64,000 bases of DNA from an uncultured Thermoleophilia bacterium (GTDB lineage Bacteria; Actinomycetota; Thermoleophilia; UBA2241). The notes under the pieces were generated by a model, which saw only the letters and a program-made list of their open reading frames with translations, did not search any database and was not told the DNA's origin. Where the stretch lies: positions 243,679 to 307,678 of the forward strand of contig CAVQSP010000010.1 in assembly GCA_963715985.1 (NCBI GenBank), written 5' to 3'. Shown piece by piece: positions 10,682-21,547 of the stretch. Made by a program: the position numbers and the translations under genes. How positions within the stretch are numbered: position 1 is the stretch's first letter; every line of letters starts with the position of its first letter.

Positions 10682-11927
10682 TCAGTGACGCGGCGCCGTG
10701 CGCACGCGTTCGAGGATGTCCAGGTAGTCGTGCGCGAGGGCGCGGCGGTCGAAGCGCTCCAGCACGTACCGCCGCCCGGCGGCGCCCATGCGGGCGCGTT
10801 CGTCCGGGTCGTCGGCGAGCCGCACGGCGGCCGCGGCCAGCTCGGCGTCGTTGGACGGCTCGAAGGCGATGCCGCAGCGCGGCCTCCTCGAGCATCGCCC
10901 TGGCGTCGCCCTCGAAGCCGAGCAGGATCGGCCGCTCCATGGCCGCGTCCTCGAAGAACTTGCTCGGGAGGATGGTGCCGAAGAGGTCGTCCTTGCGGAA
11001 GTGCACGAGGCAGGCGTCGCTGCTCGCCAGGTAGCGCGGCAGCTCGGGGCGCGGCACCAGGCCGGTGAAGACGACGTTGTCGAGGCCCTCGGCGCGCGCC
11101 CGCTGCTCGAGCCCGGCGCGTACCGCGCCGTCGCCGATCAACAGGAAGGCGATGTCGGCGCGACCTTGCGCTTTGAGGCGCGCAGCCGCGTCCAGCGCCA
11201 CCTCGAGCCCGCTCGCCATGCCGATGGTGCCGGCGAACGTGACGACGAACGTCTGAGGTCCGAAGCCGAGGCGCGCCCGCAGCTGCGCGTCGGGCGGGCG
11301 CGGCGTGAAGAGGTCGGCGTCCACGCCGTTGGTGACGACCGAGATCTTGGACGGCGGCACGCCTTTGCGGACCATGTTCATGCGGTAGCCCTCGCCCACG
11401 GCGACGATGTGGTCGGCGCCGTCGTACAGGGCCTTCTCGAGCTTGCCCAGGGCGCGCACCACGCGGCCCTCCCTGAGCGCGCCGACGGCCGTGATGGAGT
11501 CCGGCCAGATGTCGCGGATCTCGAGCACGAAGGGGGCGCCGTGGGCCCGTGCGACCGGCCAGCCCGCCCAGCCGGCGAAGAACTGCGGGCTGGTGGCGAT
11601 GACCACGTCGGCGCGCGGCCGCAGCAGCGGGCCGGCCGCGCCGGCCGCGGCCAGGTACGACAGGTAGTTGAGGCCGCGGCGCCCGCGGCCGCGGTTGGCG
11701 GCCAGGTACGTCCACACGCGCACCGTGCGGATGCCGTCGATCCACTCCTCCTGGAAGAGCTTGTTCTCGTAGCCCTCGTACACCACGCCGGCCGGGACGT
11801 TGGGCGCGCAGGTCAGCACGGTGACGCTGTGCCCCACGCGCGCCCACTCCTTCGCCATGGCGTGCACGCGCGCCGCCGGGGCGTTGTTCTCGGGGACGAA
11901 GTAGTGGGTCAGAAAGAGGATGTGCAC
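10682..11927 (-). CDS. GT4 glycosyltransferase (WbuB-like); frameshift near 10880
   Basis: HYFVPE, EIRDIWP, NGVD, ILPSKFFE. Confidence 0.85.
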
Positions 11928-11972
11928 GATGCGGGGCTCCCGGTCGGGGAGGGCAGGTCGGGTCGGGTGGGC

Positions 11973-13017
11973 CTAGTCGTCCCAGAACACCTGGTCGTAG
12001 TACCGCACCGAGCGGCGGCTGGAGCGCACGCGCGCCTGGATAGCGGCCACGTCGTCGGCGCTCAGCTCGCCGAGCGCGTACTTGATGCCGAGGTACGGGA
12101 TGATGAAATCCTCCTGGTAGACGAACGTGCTCACGCGCGGGTTGATCTCCAGGAGGCGGCCGCCGATCCACTGCACGCTCTGGTAGTAGTCCAGCTGCAG
12201 GTGGCGCACCACCTTGCGTGTGAGCTCGACGAGCTCAGGTCGGTCGATGGTCTTGAACGCCATCGCCAGGCCGGTGAGGAACTCCTCGCGGGTGCGCGTC
12301 TGGTGGAAGACGACCTCGCCCTTGTCGGCGAAGAGGTCCACGGTGACCTCGGGCGCGTCCACGTACTCCATCAGCATGAGGTCGGGGAAGGGCTCGTAGC
12401 CGCGGAAGAGGTCGACGAAGTCGTCGAGCGTCATGTAGCGGTTGATGGGCCTCTCGTGCAGGAGGTCGTGCACGCGGTCCACGTGCGCGGAGAGGATGCG
12501 GAACCCGCGCGAGCCCTTGGCCACCGGCGGCTTGAAGCACACCGGCACGTCCGGGTAGCCGAGCTGCCGGGCGCCGGCGACGAACTCGTCCAGGCTCGCC
12601 GGCCGGATGAGCTGCGGCTGCGGCACGGGGATCTCGCTGCAGGCGGCGTGCATCACGGCCTTGTCGCCGGCGATCTCGATGCCGCGCACGCCGTCGGCGA
12701 GCACGCGCGCGCCGAGCGCTTCGAACACGTCGCGGTGGCGCGCCACCGTCTCGATCTCGTGCGAGGACTGTACGAAGAGCAGGTCCGGACGCTCGCGCCC
12801 GACGCACCGCGGCGAGCCCGGGGATGTACTCGGGCGACGCACCGGCCGGCACCAGGCTGAAGCCGTCGCAGAGGAAGCGGCCCACAGCGTCCGCGCGCAT
12901 GTCCACGCCGTGGATGTGGATCTCACGCTCGCCGTTGGCCTTGAGCATGCGGATGAGCGTGCTCGCGCCGGGGCAGCCGGCGGCGGTGAGGACGAGCTTG
13001 AGCGGCGGCAGGGTCAT
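11973..13017 (-). CDS. ATP-grasp ligase; frameshift near 12810
   Basis: LTAAG N-terminus, DKAVM, FKPPVAKGSRG, MEYV, LLEINPR. Confidence 0.8.
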
Positions 13018-13054
13018 GCGCGGGCGCAACGCGGTGCGTCGCCGGTGCGGGGAG

Positions 13055-13693
13055 CTAGAGGATCCAGCGGTACACCTCGAACACCTCGGCGTACTCGCAA
13101 CCGATGTTGATGCCGCGCGTCAGCGCCACGTTGCGGATGTAGTCCTCGCGCGTGTAGTTGCGGTGGCCCTGGCTCTCGTAGCAGGCCAGGGCCTGCACCT
13201 TCTTCTCCACGTGGCGCTCCTCCAGCCGCACGTACGCCTGCTGCTGGAAGTTGAGGTTGTTCCAGGGGATCTCGTAGGCCATCACGGTGGTGCGCTTGAA
13301 GGCGCGCAGCCCCTCTTCCGCGATGGTCTTGTGGTCCTGGTGGAGGTCGATGAGCGCCGGCATGAGCACGCAGTCGGGGTCCAGCGTCTGCTGGAGCACG
13401 ATCATCTCCTCGAGGATGTCCTGGCGGAGCGTGGGGAACATGCGGACCTCGAAGTCGTACACCTTGAGGTCGGCTTCGGGGATGCCGAGCAGGCCGGTGG
13501 CGGCGCGCACCTCGTGCTTGAGGACGTCCTTGGGGAAGCCTTCGGGCACGCTCTTGGCAGCGGTGCTGAAAGCCGCGTAGGTGACCTTGACGCCGCTCTC
13601 GATGAGGCGCGCCATGGTGCCGCCGCAGCCGAACTCGCCGTCGTCGGTGTGTGGTGCGAGGACGAGGACGTTGTGGAACCGTTCGATGCTCAC
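13055..13693 (-). CDS. PIG-L/LmbE family N-deacetylase
   Basis: APHTDDGEFGCGGT and HQDH metal motifs. Confidence 0.9.
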   Translation of the reverse strand: MSIERFHNVLVLAPHTDDGEFGCGGTMARLIESGVKVTYAAFSTAAKSVPEGFPKDVLKHEVRAATGLLGIPEADLKVYDFEVRMFPTLRQDILEEMIVLQQTLDPDCVLMPALIDLHQDHKTIAEEGLRAFKRTTVMAYEIPWNNLNFQQQAYVRLEERHVEKKVQALACYESQGHRNYTREDYIRNVALTRGINIGCEYAEVFEVYRWIL

Positions 13694-13753
13694 GTGAGGT
13701 GCTCCCCTCGGTGAGGCGTTTCGTGGGTCGGGCCGCGAGGCGCCGGGCGGCCG

Positions 13754-14887
13754 TCAGGCGAGCCCGGCGCAGAGCGAACCGTAGAAGTCTACCAAATCGC
13801 CCTGCACCGCCTCCCAGGAGTAGGCGCGCTGCACAGCGCTGCGGCCGCGCGCGCCCATCTCCGCAAGGGCCGGACGGTCCGCCAGCAGGCGCCGCACGCC
13901 GTCCAGGTGGCCTTCGACGCCGGGCGGCACGGCGAGGCCGCAGTCCTCGCGGCGGACCAGGTCGCCGCGCCCCGGCATGTCGCTGACCAGCGCCGCGAGC
14001 CCCACGGTCATGCCCTCGAGCAGCTTGGTGGGGATCGTCGGGTGGCTGTACTGGCGGTCGGGCTGCGACGGCACCCAGACGACGTCGGCGGCCGCCAGAT
14101 AGCGCGGCAGATCAGCGGGGGCGATACGGCCCAGCAGTCGCACACGGTCGTCGAGGCCCTCGGCGAGCCGCCGCTTCACCTCCTGCTCGATCGCCGGCGA
14201 GGCGAACGTGCCGCCGAGATACAGCACCGCGTCGGCGGCGGCCAGCTGCTCCATCACATCGAGCATCTGCGCGGTGCCGCGGCTGTGAGACAGGCTGCCC
14301 ACGTAGATGAGCTTGAGCCGCGGGTCGGCCGCGAGGTCGGGCAGCGGCTCGGCGCCGTCGAAGCGCTCCAGCCGTGGGTAGTTGGGCAGCACGCAGCGCA
14401 GGGTGGGCCTTGCGCCGAGGGCCTGCAGCTGCTCGTCGGTCACCACCACCACGCCGTGGGCCATGGCCGCCAGGCTCCTCTGCGCCGTCGCGGTCGCCTG
14501 GGAGGCCAGGGGCCGCACGGCTCCCGGGATGTAGTGCTTGCCGGCCACTGCCTCGGGCACGTACTCGTGCATGTCGTACACCAGACGCGGCACGAACGCC
14601 CTGACCGCCGGGAAGAGCGTGAGCAGCTCGGGGTCGTGCACGTGCAGCACGTCCGGGCGCAGGGCGCGCAGGGCCCTGGTGATCTCGACGCTGCTCAGGA
14701 AGCGCGTCGTACGCCCGCGTACCGGCAGTGGGGCGAGCAGCACGCCCGCGTCGTCGCGGCTCCTCCGGGCGCCGGGCACGAGGTACATCACCTGGTAGCC
14801 GGCCCGCGCGAGGGTGCGGCACTCGCGCTCGTGGATGCGCGGGTCGTCCGGTCTGTGCACCACGCTGAGGTGGAGCACGCGGGTCAC
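13754..14887 (-). CDS. GT4 glycosyltransferase
   Basis: HRPDDPRI, HVHDPELL, YDMHE, PTKLLEGM. Confidence 0.85.
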   Translation of the reverse strand: MTRVLHLSVVHRPDDPRIHERECRTLARAGYQVMYLVPGARRSRDDAGVLLAPLPVRGRTTRFLSSVEITRALRALRPDVLHVHDPELLTLFPAVRAFVPRLVYDMHEYVPEAVAGKHYIPGAVRPLASQATATAQRSLAAMAHGVVVVTDEQLQALGARPTLRCVLPNYPRLERFDGAEPLPDLAADPRLKLIYVGSLSHSRGTAQMLDVMEQLAAADAVLYLGGTFASPAIEQEVKRRLAEGLDDRVRLLGRIAPADLPRYLAAADVVWVPSQPDRQYSHPTIPTKLLEGMTVGLAALVSDMPGRGDLVRREDCGLAVPPGVEGHLDGVRRLLADRPALAEMGARGRSAVQRAYSWEAVQGDLVDFYGSLCAGLA

Positions 14888-16353
14888 GCTGTGGCCTCCT
14901 GCCAGCGGGCCACGATGTCCGCCGCGCGGCCGCAGACGGCGCCGTGCGCGAGCGCCTGGTCCACCAGGCGCCAGTACACGGCGTCGTACCCACGCGAGAT
15001 GCGCGGGTCGAAGCGGTTGTTGTGCCAGAGCAGGCTGACCGCGCCGCCGCTGCGCAGGGCGCGGGAGAGCGCGGAGGCGGCGGCGTGCTCGGCCTCTGCC
15101 GCCGCCAGGCCGCGGTAGTGCGGCTCCTGCAGCGTGCCGTCCATCACCGCCAGCGGCAGCTCGACGAGGCGCAGCGGCCGGTCCTTGGCCAGCGAGTACG
15201 GGCGGAAGGGGAACGAGCAGGCGCAGCGGAAGCCCTCGTGCTCGGCGAAGGCCAGCGACGTGTCGTAGGTGAAGCCGGCTGTCTCCAGGAACGGCAGCGT
15301 CTCGTGGTACAACGCCCGCAGGTAGTGGTAGCGGATGCCGGTCACGTCGACGCCGGCGTGGCGCCCCAGCGCCTCGCGGTCGCGGCCGACCTCGTCCGCG
15401 CCAAGGCGGTCGGCGTCGTTGCCGTGCAGGCCCACCTCGCGCTCCCCCTTTCGCAGGAGGCGCAGTGCTGCGGGGAGGCGCTTGTGGTAGGTCTCCGGCT
15501 GGTTGCCGTCCCGCTTGTGGGTGTGCCGCGCGATCACGAAGAAGGTGGACGACACGCCGCGCGCGTCCTCCCCCTCGATGATCTGCGGGAAGGTCCAGAA
15601 GGGGTCCGTGCCGCGCGGCAGGTGACGGACCAGCCAGTCGGCGCCGTCGCCGAGCTCGCGGCGCAGGGCGCGCGCGTCGCGCGCCTTGACGGCGCGGGCG
15701 CTGCGGTAGCCGGCGGCGGCCAGGCCGCGCGGAGTCCAGCGCCACAGGTTGTCGAGGTCGTGCGTGAGGGCGACGGCGAAACCGGCCTCGCCCTCCCACA
15801 TCCAACCGGCCCGAGGCAGTGGCTCGAGCCCGAGCTCCGCCAGCCGCGGGGCGAGGACGGCGCGCAACACGCCCACGTAGCGGTCGACCTCCGGCTCCTC
15901 CAGGCGCAGCGCCGGGTTGGCCGCGAAGACGCTCGCCGCCATCGGCAGCCGTCCGTACTGGTCGCGCTCGGTGCTGGTGCGCTCGTCCCAGCAGGCCAGC
16001 AGCACGAAGGCGGAGGCCACAAGGTCGAACGGCAGGGCGAAATCGGCGCCGGGATCGGCGGCGAAGGCACCCACGGCGAAGCCGTGGTCGCTCCGCCGCA
16101 CGGTGAAGGCGCCGGGGGGCAACGGCCGCGCGGCCGCGAGGAGCTCCATGCCGGCCGCGCCGCAGGGGATCGTCGGCACACCCGGCACGGGCTCGGGCGC
16201 ATACGCAAAGGCCGTGCCGCCCGCTTGCGCCGGGTCGGTGACGATGCGGGCCCGGCGCCCCAGCGGCGCGAGCATCGTGGTCAGCGCCCAGGCGGCGCGC
16301 GGCACGAAGCCGGCGGGCGCGCCCACGAAGACCTGCAGCTCGGGCAGGCTCAC
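14884..16353 (-). CDS. Polysaccharide deacetylase (NodB/CE4-like)
   Basis: LTHDLD, EVGLHG, RYHYLR, YDTS, LLWHN. Confidence 0.75.
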   Translation of the reverse strand: MSLPELQVFVGAPAGFVPRAAWALTTMLAPLGRRARIVTDPAQAGGTAFAYAPEPVPGVPTIPCGAAGMELLAAARPLPPGAFTVRRSDHGFAVGAFAADPGADFALPFDLVASAFVLLACWDERTSTERDQYGRLPMAASVFAANPALRLEEPEVDRYVGVLRAVLAPRLAELGLEPLPRAGWMWEGEAGFAVALTHDLDNLWRWTPRGLAAAGYRSARAVKARDARALRRELGDGADWLVRHLPRGTDPFWTFPQIIEGEDARGVSSTFFVIARHTHKRDGNQPETYHKRLPAALRLLRKGEREVGLHGNDADRLGADEVGRDREALGRHAGVDVTGIRYHYLRALYHETLPFLETAGFTYDTSLAFAEHEGFRCACSFPFRPYSLAKDRPLRLVELPLAVMDGTLQEPHYRGLAAAEAEHAAASALSRALRSGGAVSLLWHNNRFDPRISRGYDAVYWRLVDQALAHGAVCGRAADIVARWQEATA

Positions 16354-17564
16354 ACGTCTGCCCTGGCGCGCGGCGCGCGTGTCACGATCTGCCTGGCGAC
16401 CGTCCAGGCGTTGAGCAGCCCGGGCACTGGGTCGTCCAGCGCGTGCAGCCCGTCCATGCGCGTGCCGCGCAGCGAGCGCACGTAGGCGACCGGGTCGCGC
16501 TGCCGTTTGGCGACCTCGAGCAGCGCCAGCGGAACGTCCTTGTTCGCGACGATCCACTTGACGCCGTCGACCTGGTGCGGCGCCACGAACGGCCTGCCGA
16601 CGGCATCGCCGTACGCGGCCAGCGAGAGGTTCACGCCGCAGGCCGCGGCCAGCCCGTGCCACTTCCAGTGGCGGGCGTTGACCTCCATGAGGCGGAAGCG
16701 CCCGTCGCGCGGGTCGCGCTTGAACTCCACCTGGCTCACGCCGTGAAAGCGCAGCTCCTGCAGGAGGCGGAGCGCCGCGTCGGCGAGGTCCTCGTCCCAG
16801 GCACTCACTCCCGCCAGGCAGCTGCCGCCCGCGTGCGGGTACTGGCGCAGCTTGTGACCGGTGAACACGGCCAGCGGCCGCGAGCCCGCGTCCAGGTACG
16901 AGCCCACGGTCCAGAGCTCGTGCTCACCGCCGGGGATGCGCTCCTGCAGCATGAGCACGCCGAGGTCGTCGACCTTGTCGTAGATGCGCCGCAGCTCGGC
17001 CGGGCTCTGGATGTCGAGGATGTGGCGGTGGAAGCGCAGCTTGAAGGCCAGAGACTCCACGGGCTTGAGTACGGCCGGGAACGGCACCTCGCCGGCGGCG
17101 GCCTCCAGCTCGGCGCCGGAGCTCACGAAGACCGTCCTGGGCAGGTCCACGCCGGCGCGCGCGGCGGCGTCCATCTGCGCGCGCTTGTCGTACACGCGCT
17201 GCATGACGTCCCAGCGCGAGAACGGCACGATGAACCAGGGCTCGAGCCGTTCGGCGTTGCGCGAGAGCGGCCAGATGTACTCGTCGTGACTGGGGAAGAC
17301 CACGGCGCGCTGCGGCAGGCGCGCGCCGAAGCCCTCGAGCCAGGTGAGGAAGGCCTCCTCGTCGGCGAGCGGGTCCGGGCACACGGCGCCCGCGGCGAAG
17401 CGCGAGCTCAGGCCGATGGCGGAGGGGTCGGCGTCCAGGCCGATCACGGGGACGCCGTGACGTCCCAGGTCGCGCACCACGTCGAGGCCGCAGGCGTAGC
17501 TCACCTGGAAGACGGCGGCGGGGGGCTGCGCCGCCGCCGCGCCGATGAAGCTCGTGAACCTCAA
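16350..17564 (-). CDS. ATP-grasp ligase (D-aspartate ligase-like), paralog 1
   Basis: DKRAQ, LKP, QERIPG, QVEFKRDPRDG, MEVNAR. Confidence 0.8.
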   Translation of the reverse strand: MRFTSFIGAAAAQPPAAVFQVSYACGLDVVRDLGRHGVPVIGLDADPSAIGLSSRFAAGAVCPDPLADEEAFLTWLEGFGARLPQRAVVFPSHDEYIWPLSRNAERLEPWFIVPFSRWDVMQRVYDKRAQMDAAARAGVDLPRTVFVSSGAELEAAAGEVPFPAVLKPVESLAFKLRFHRHILDIQSPAELRRIYDKVDDLGVLMLQERIPGGEHELWTVGSYLDAGSRPLAVFTGHKLRQYPHAGGSCLAGVSAWDEDLADAALRLLQELRFHGVSQVEFKRDPRDGRFRLMEVNARHWKWHGLAAACGVNLSLAAYGDAVGRPFVAPHQVDGVKWIVANKDVPLALLEVAKRQRDPVAYVRSLRGTRMDGLHALDDPVPGLLNAWTVARQIVTRAPRARADV

Positions 17565-17598
17565 CGCGCCTCACCTTCGCCGTGGTCGAGGCGGCGCC

Positions 17599-18819
17599 TC
17601 ACGGCGCCTCCCCCTCGTGCGGCTCCCCAGTGCGGGTGACGATGCGCTTGAGCTGGCGGCCGGTGATCAGCAGGCCCGGCACAGGGTCGCGCAGCGAGTA
17701 CAGGCCGTCGACCTTGACGCCCCGGTACGAGCGGAGCCACGGGCCGAGCTTCTCGTCGCCGCGCCGCCACCGCGAGAGTGCGTCGCGCGCGTCGGTGAGC
17801 GCGACCACCCACTTCTTGCCGTCCACCTGGCGCGGCGCCATGTACGGGTCGCCGATGGCGTCGCGGTAGGCGGCCAGCGAGAGGTTCACGCCGCACGCGG
17901 TCGCCAGGCTGTGCCACATCCAGTGCCGCGCGTTGACCTCCATGAGGCGGTAGCGCCCGTCGCGCGGGTCGCGCTTGAACTCCACCTGGCTGACGCCGTG
18001 GTAGCCGAGCTCGTGGAGCAGGCGCAGGCCCGCCTCCGCGAGCTCGGGCACCCAGGCGCTCACAGCCATGCTCACGTGCCCGAAGCGCGGGGGGTGCTGG
18101 CGCAGCTTGTGCCCGGTGAACTGCGCCAGCGGGCGGCTCTGCGCGTCCAGGTATGAGCCCAGCGTGTACAGCTCCTCGTCACCGCCCGGCACGATGTCCT
18201 GCAGCATCAGCGTGCCGCAGTCGCGGACCGCGTCGTACACGCGCAGCAGCTCGTCCCTGGAACCGATCTCCAGCACGTGCCGCCGGAACCGCACCTTGAA
18301 CGCCAGCGACTCGACCGGCTTGAAGATGGCCGGAAAGCCGATCTCCTCGGCGCCGCGCTCGAGGTCGTCGTCGCCGTCCACGAACACCGTCTTCGGGGTG
18401 TCCACCCCGACCCGCCAGGCGGTCTCCAGCTGCTCGCGCTTGTCGTGCAGGCGCCGCATGGTCTCCCAGTGAGAGAAGGGGATGATGAACCACTTCTCCA
18501 GGCGCTCGGCGTGCCGCGAGATCGGCCAGATGTACTGGTCGTGCGTGGGGAACAACACCGGGCGCCGGCTGAAGCGCCCTCCGAGATCCTCGAGGAAGCG
18601 CAGGAACTCAGCCTCGTGCTCGCGGGGATCGGGGCACACCGCTCCGGCCGCCAGGCGCGAGTGCAGGCCGAGGGCGCGCGCGTTGGAGTCCAGGGCCAGG
18701 AGAGGGACGCCCGTCTGGGAGAGGTCGCGGATGATGTCGAGGCCGTTGGCCCACGACACCTGCATCACGATGGCCGCGTTGCGTTCCTCAGCCGCTTTCA
18801 TGAACCTGTCGAAGCGCAT
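17599..18819 (-). CDS. ATP-grasp ligase (D-aspartate ligase-like), paralog 2
   Basis: Colinear with 16350-17564 (KPVESLAFK, FTGHKLRQ, GVSQVEFKRDPRDG). Confidence 0.8.
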   Translation of the reverse strand: MRFDRFMKAAEERNAAIVMQVSWANGLDIIRDLSQTGVPLLALDSNARALGLHSRLAAGAVCPDPREHEAEFLRFLEDLGGRFSRRPVLFPTHDQYIWPISRHAERLEKWFIIPFSHWETMRRLHDKREQLETAWRVGVDTPKTVFVDGDDDLERGAEEIGFPAIFKPVESLAFKVRFRRHVLEIGSRDELLRVYDAVRDCGTLMLQDIVPGGDEELYTLGSYLDAQSRPLAQFTGHKLRQHPPRFGHVSMAVSAWVPELAEAGLRLLHELGYHGVSQVEFKRDPRDGRYRLMEVNARHWMWHSLATACGVNLSLAAYRDAIGDPYMAPRQVDGKKWVVALTDARDALSRWRRGDEKLGPWLRSYRGVKVDGLYSLRDPVPGLLITGRQLKRIVTRTGEPHEGEAP

Positions 18820-18828
18820 GTCTCCCTC

Positions 18829-20004
18829 TCAGGTCTCGCGGCGCAGCACGCGCTCGTACACTTCGCGGGTGAGCCGCGCGTTGCGCTCCCAGCTGAGGGC
18901 CAGGGCGGCGGCCTTGCCGGCGTCGCCTACGGCCGCCGCCTTCAGCGGATCGTCCAGCACCCCGGCGATGATATCTGCCAGCGCGGCCGGGTCGCGAACC
19001 GGGACGAGGTAGCCGCTCACCCCGTCCTCGATGAAGTCCTCGGGGCCTTCGCCCTTGCCCGCCACCACCGGGGTGCCCTGTGCCATGGCCTCGGTGTAGA
19101 CGAGACCGAAGGCCTCGTCCCAGCTGGGCAGGGCGAAGAGGTCGGCGCGCGCCATGAGCGACAGCACGCGCGCGTGCTCCACGCGGCCGAGGAAGTGGAC
19201 GCTGTCGGCCACGCCCTCGGCGGCGGCCTGTTCGGCGAGAGCGCCGCGCAGCGGGCCGTCGCCGACGACGGCGAGCTGGACGCGGCGGCCGGCGCGGCGC
19301 AGCCGCCCGGTGGCCGCCACCAGCTCGCGCAGGCCCTTGCGCTCGATCAGGTACCCCACCGTGAGCACGAGAGGCTCGCCGGGCAGGTAGTCGTCCGCCG
19401 GCGTGACCGCCTGCCCGAGGCCGGTGGTGCCGTTGAGCACCACGGTGAGGCGCTCGGGCGTCACCGTGCCGGCCAGCAGGCGCGCCACGGCGCTCGAGTT
19501 GGCCATCACGGCGTCGGCGCCGCCGAGCACGCTCCTGGCGCGGCGCTCCACGGCGCCGCCCATGCGGAAGTGCTGGTACACGTCGGCGCCGTGCACGGTG
19601 ACCACGTACGGCACGCGCAGGTCGGCGGCCAGGCGCTGCGCGAGCGCGCCGTCGGGCAGCGCCTGGTGCGCGTGCACGAGGTCGTACCGACCGGCCGTCA
19701 CCGACGGCAGCGAGCAGACCTTGCGGTAGGCGAGGTCGCCGAGGCGGTCGAAGAGCAGGCGCCTCGGCGGCTGCAGCACGCGCGGATACTCGGCCACGAT
19801 GCCGTCGCGCACCGCCTCCCTGGGCTTCTCGGCGCGGCGGCGCTGGCGCGGGTCGCGGCGCAGCACCGGCGGCACCCACGGTGTGGGGCTGATGACGTGC
19901 GCCTCCACGCCGAGCTCGCGCAGCGCCAGGAGCTGCTCGTGCACGAAGAGGTGGCGCTCCACGCCGGGCGACGGGTACAGGTGCGAGATGACGAGGATCT
20001 TCAC
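18829..20004 (-). CDS. GT4 glycosyltransferase (TuaC-like)
   Basis: ISHLYP, VTVHGAD, KGL, EAFGLVYTEAM; GTG after GGAGG. Confidence 0.8.
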   Translation of the reverse strand: MKILVISHLYPSPGVERHLFVHEQLLALRELGVEAHVISPTPWVPPVLRRDPRQRRRAEKPREAVRDGIVAEYPRVLQPPRRLLFDRLGDLAYRKVCSLPSVTAGRYDLVHAHQALPDGALAQRLAADLRVPYVVTVHGADVYQHFRMGGAVERRARSVLGGADAVMANSSAVARLLAGTVTPERLTVVLNGTTGLGQAVTPADDYLPGEPLVLTVGYLIERKGLRELVAATGRLRRAGRRVQLAVVGDGPLRGALAEQAAAEGVADSVHFLGRVEHARVLSLMARADLFALPSWDEAFGLVYTEAMAQGTPVVAGKGEGPEDFIEDGVSGYLVPVRDPAALADIIAGVLDDPLKAAAVGDAGKAAALALSWERNARLTREVYERVLRRET

Positions 20005-21547
20005 CCCTCGGCCTCCGCCCGCTCGACGGTGCGACGCTCGCGCAGCGCCGGGCGCGAGGTCATGCCCCGGCGCGGCCGCCGCCGCCAGCCGCGACCGCGA
20101 GATCACGGCGAGGCCCAGCCCATACAGGATCCACAGCGGCGCGAAGCTCACCGAGCTGCTGGGGCCGACGGCTCCCACCGTCCAGCCCAGCAGCGCCAGC
20201 ACCGTGCCGCTGGCCAGGTAGCGCGTGAACGGGTCCGGGTCGCCGCGGGCGATGGGCCACAGCCCCACCACCAGGAGCACGAAGAAGGTGAGGTGCAGGG
20301 CGAAGCCCACGAGCCCGCCGTTCGCGTAGGTCTCCAGCCACCAGTCGTGCAGGTTGGAGATGCCGAGGGCGTTGGTGCCCGACGAGATGATGCTCTCCGC
20401 CTGCCCGGGGCCCGCGCCGAGCAGGAAGGTGCTGCCGGCGATCTGGAAGCCGCGGCTCGTGAGGCTGGAGCGGATCTCACCGGAGCCCTTGCCGGCCTGG
20501 GCCTGGTCGAGCAGCGCCTCCAGACGGAACTGGCGCAGCATGTCGCTCTGCGAGTCGTTGAACAGCAGGTAGCCGGCGCTCGCCACGAGCACGACGGCCA
20601 CCACGGCCGTGATGATCTTGCCGGTGCGCGGCGAGAAGCGGGCGCTCAGGTGCCAGAACAGGACGACGGCGGCCAGGGTCGAGATGCCGGCCGCCACCAG
20701 GCTGGAGCGTGAGCCGGTGCGCACGAACGCGGCGGCGCCGAGCAGGATGAGCAGGACGTCGAGAGCCAGCCAGCGCAGCTTCCTCGTGAAGAAGAAGGCG
20801 CACAGCATGAACGGCCAGCAGAAGGCGAGGTACGTGGCCAGGTCGTTCTGGTTCACGAAGACGCTGGTCACGGCGTAGGTCTGCGAGGTGACGGCGGTGA
20901 TGAGACGCGAGGTGGGCAGGCGCACGCCGAAGCGTGCCTCCAGCATGCTGAAGCCGGCCACGAAGAGGTAGGCGAGCACGAGGAAGCAGCCGAGCCAGAT
21001 CAGGCGACGGCGGGTGCCTCCGGCCGCCGCCGTCGCCAGCATGAGCGCCATCATCGTGACGACGATGGCGAGGTAGTCGAGCGCGCCCGGCTTGTCCGCC
21101 GACCAGGCGAGCCCGATGAACAGCCAGGCGAACCAGAGGACGATGGGCAGGGCCACGTCCTGCGCCGCGAACGGCAGCGGCTCGCGGCGCACGATGAGGT
21201 AGGTCACGCCGAGCGCCACGATGCCGGCGAGCACGAGGCGGAAGAGGAAGAGCTGTGGGAACGCCGGCACCGCGAACGACGGCCCCAGCAGGGCCGCGGC
21301 CGGCAGCACGACCAGGCCGGCGACCAGCAGCGAGCTCACGCGCAGGCGCGCCAGGCGCGGGCGCGCGAGCAGGACGAAGGCGATCACGGCGAGGACGACC
21401 GAGCAGGCCCAGCGCCGGGAGCGGCTTGCGCGCTGCGGCCGCCGCGAGCAGCGCGGTGAGCGCGACGCCCGCGGCCACGACGGCCGCGTCGGTGCGCGTG
21501 AAGCGGGCCCGCGGCGCCGGGGCGGCGCCCGGAGCGCGGGCGCTCAC
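20001..21547 (-). CDS. O-antigen ligase/polymerase (Wzy/TuaE-like); frameshifted
   Basis: Multi-TM; NQNDLA, TGSRSS, GAGPG, NLHDWW. Confidence 0.75.

Noticed and set aside
18829-21387. Wzy-GT4 fusion (852-aa ORF)
   Set aside because: An internal GGAGG plus GTG start at 20004 with a GTGA overlap indicates two genes joined by an indel
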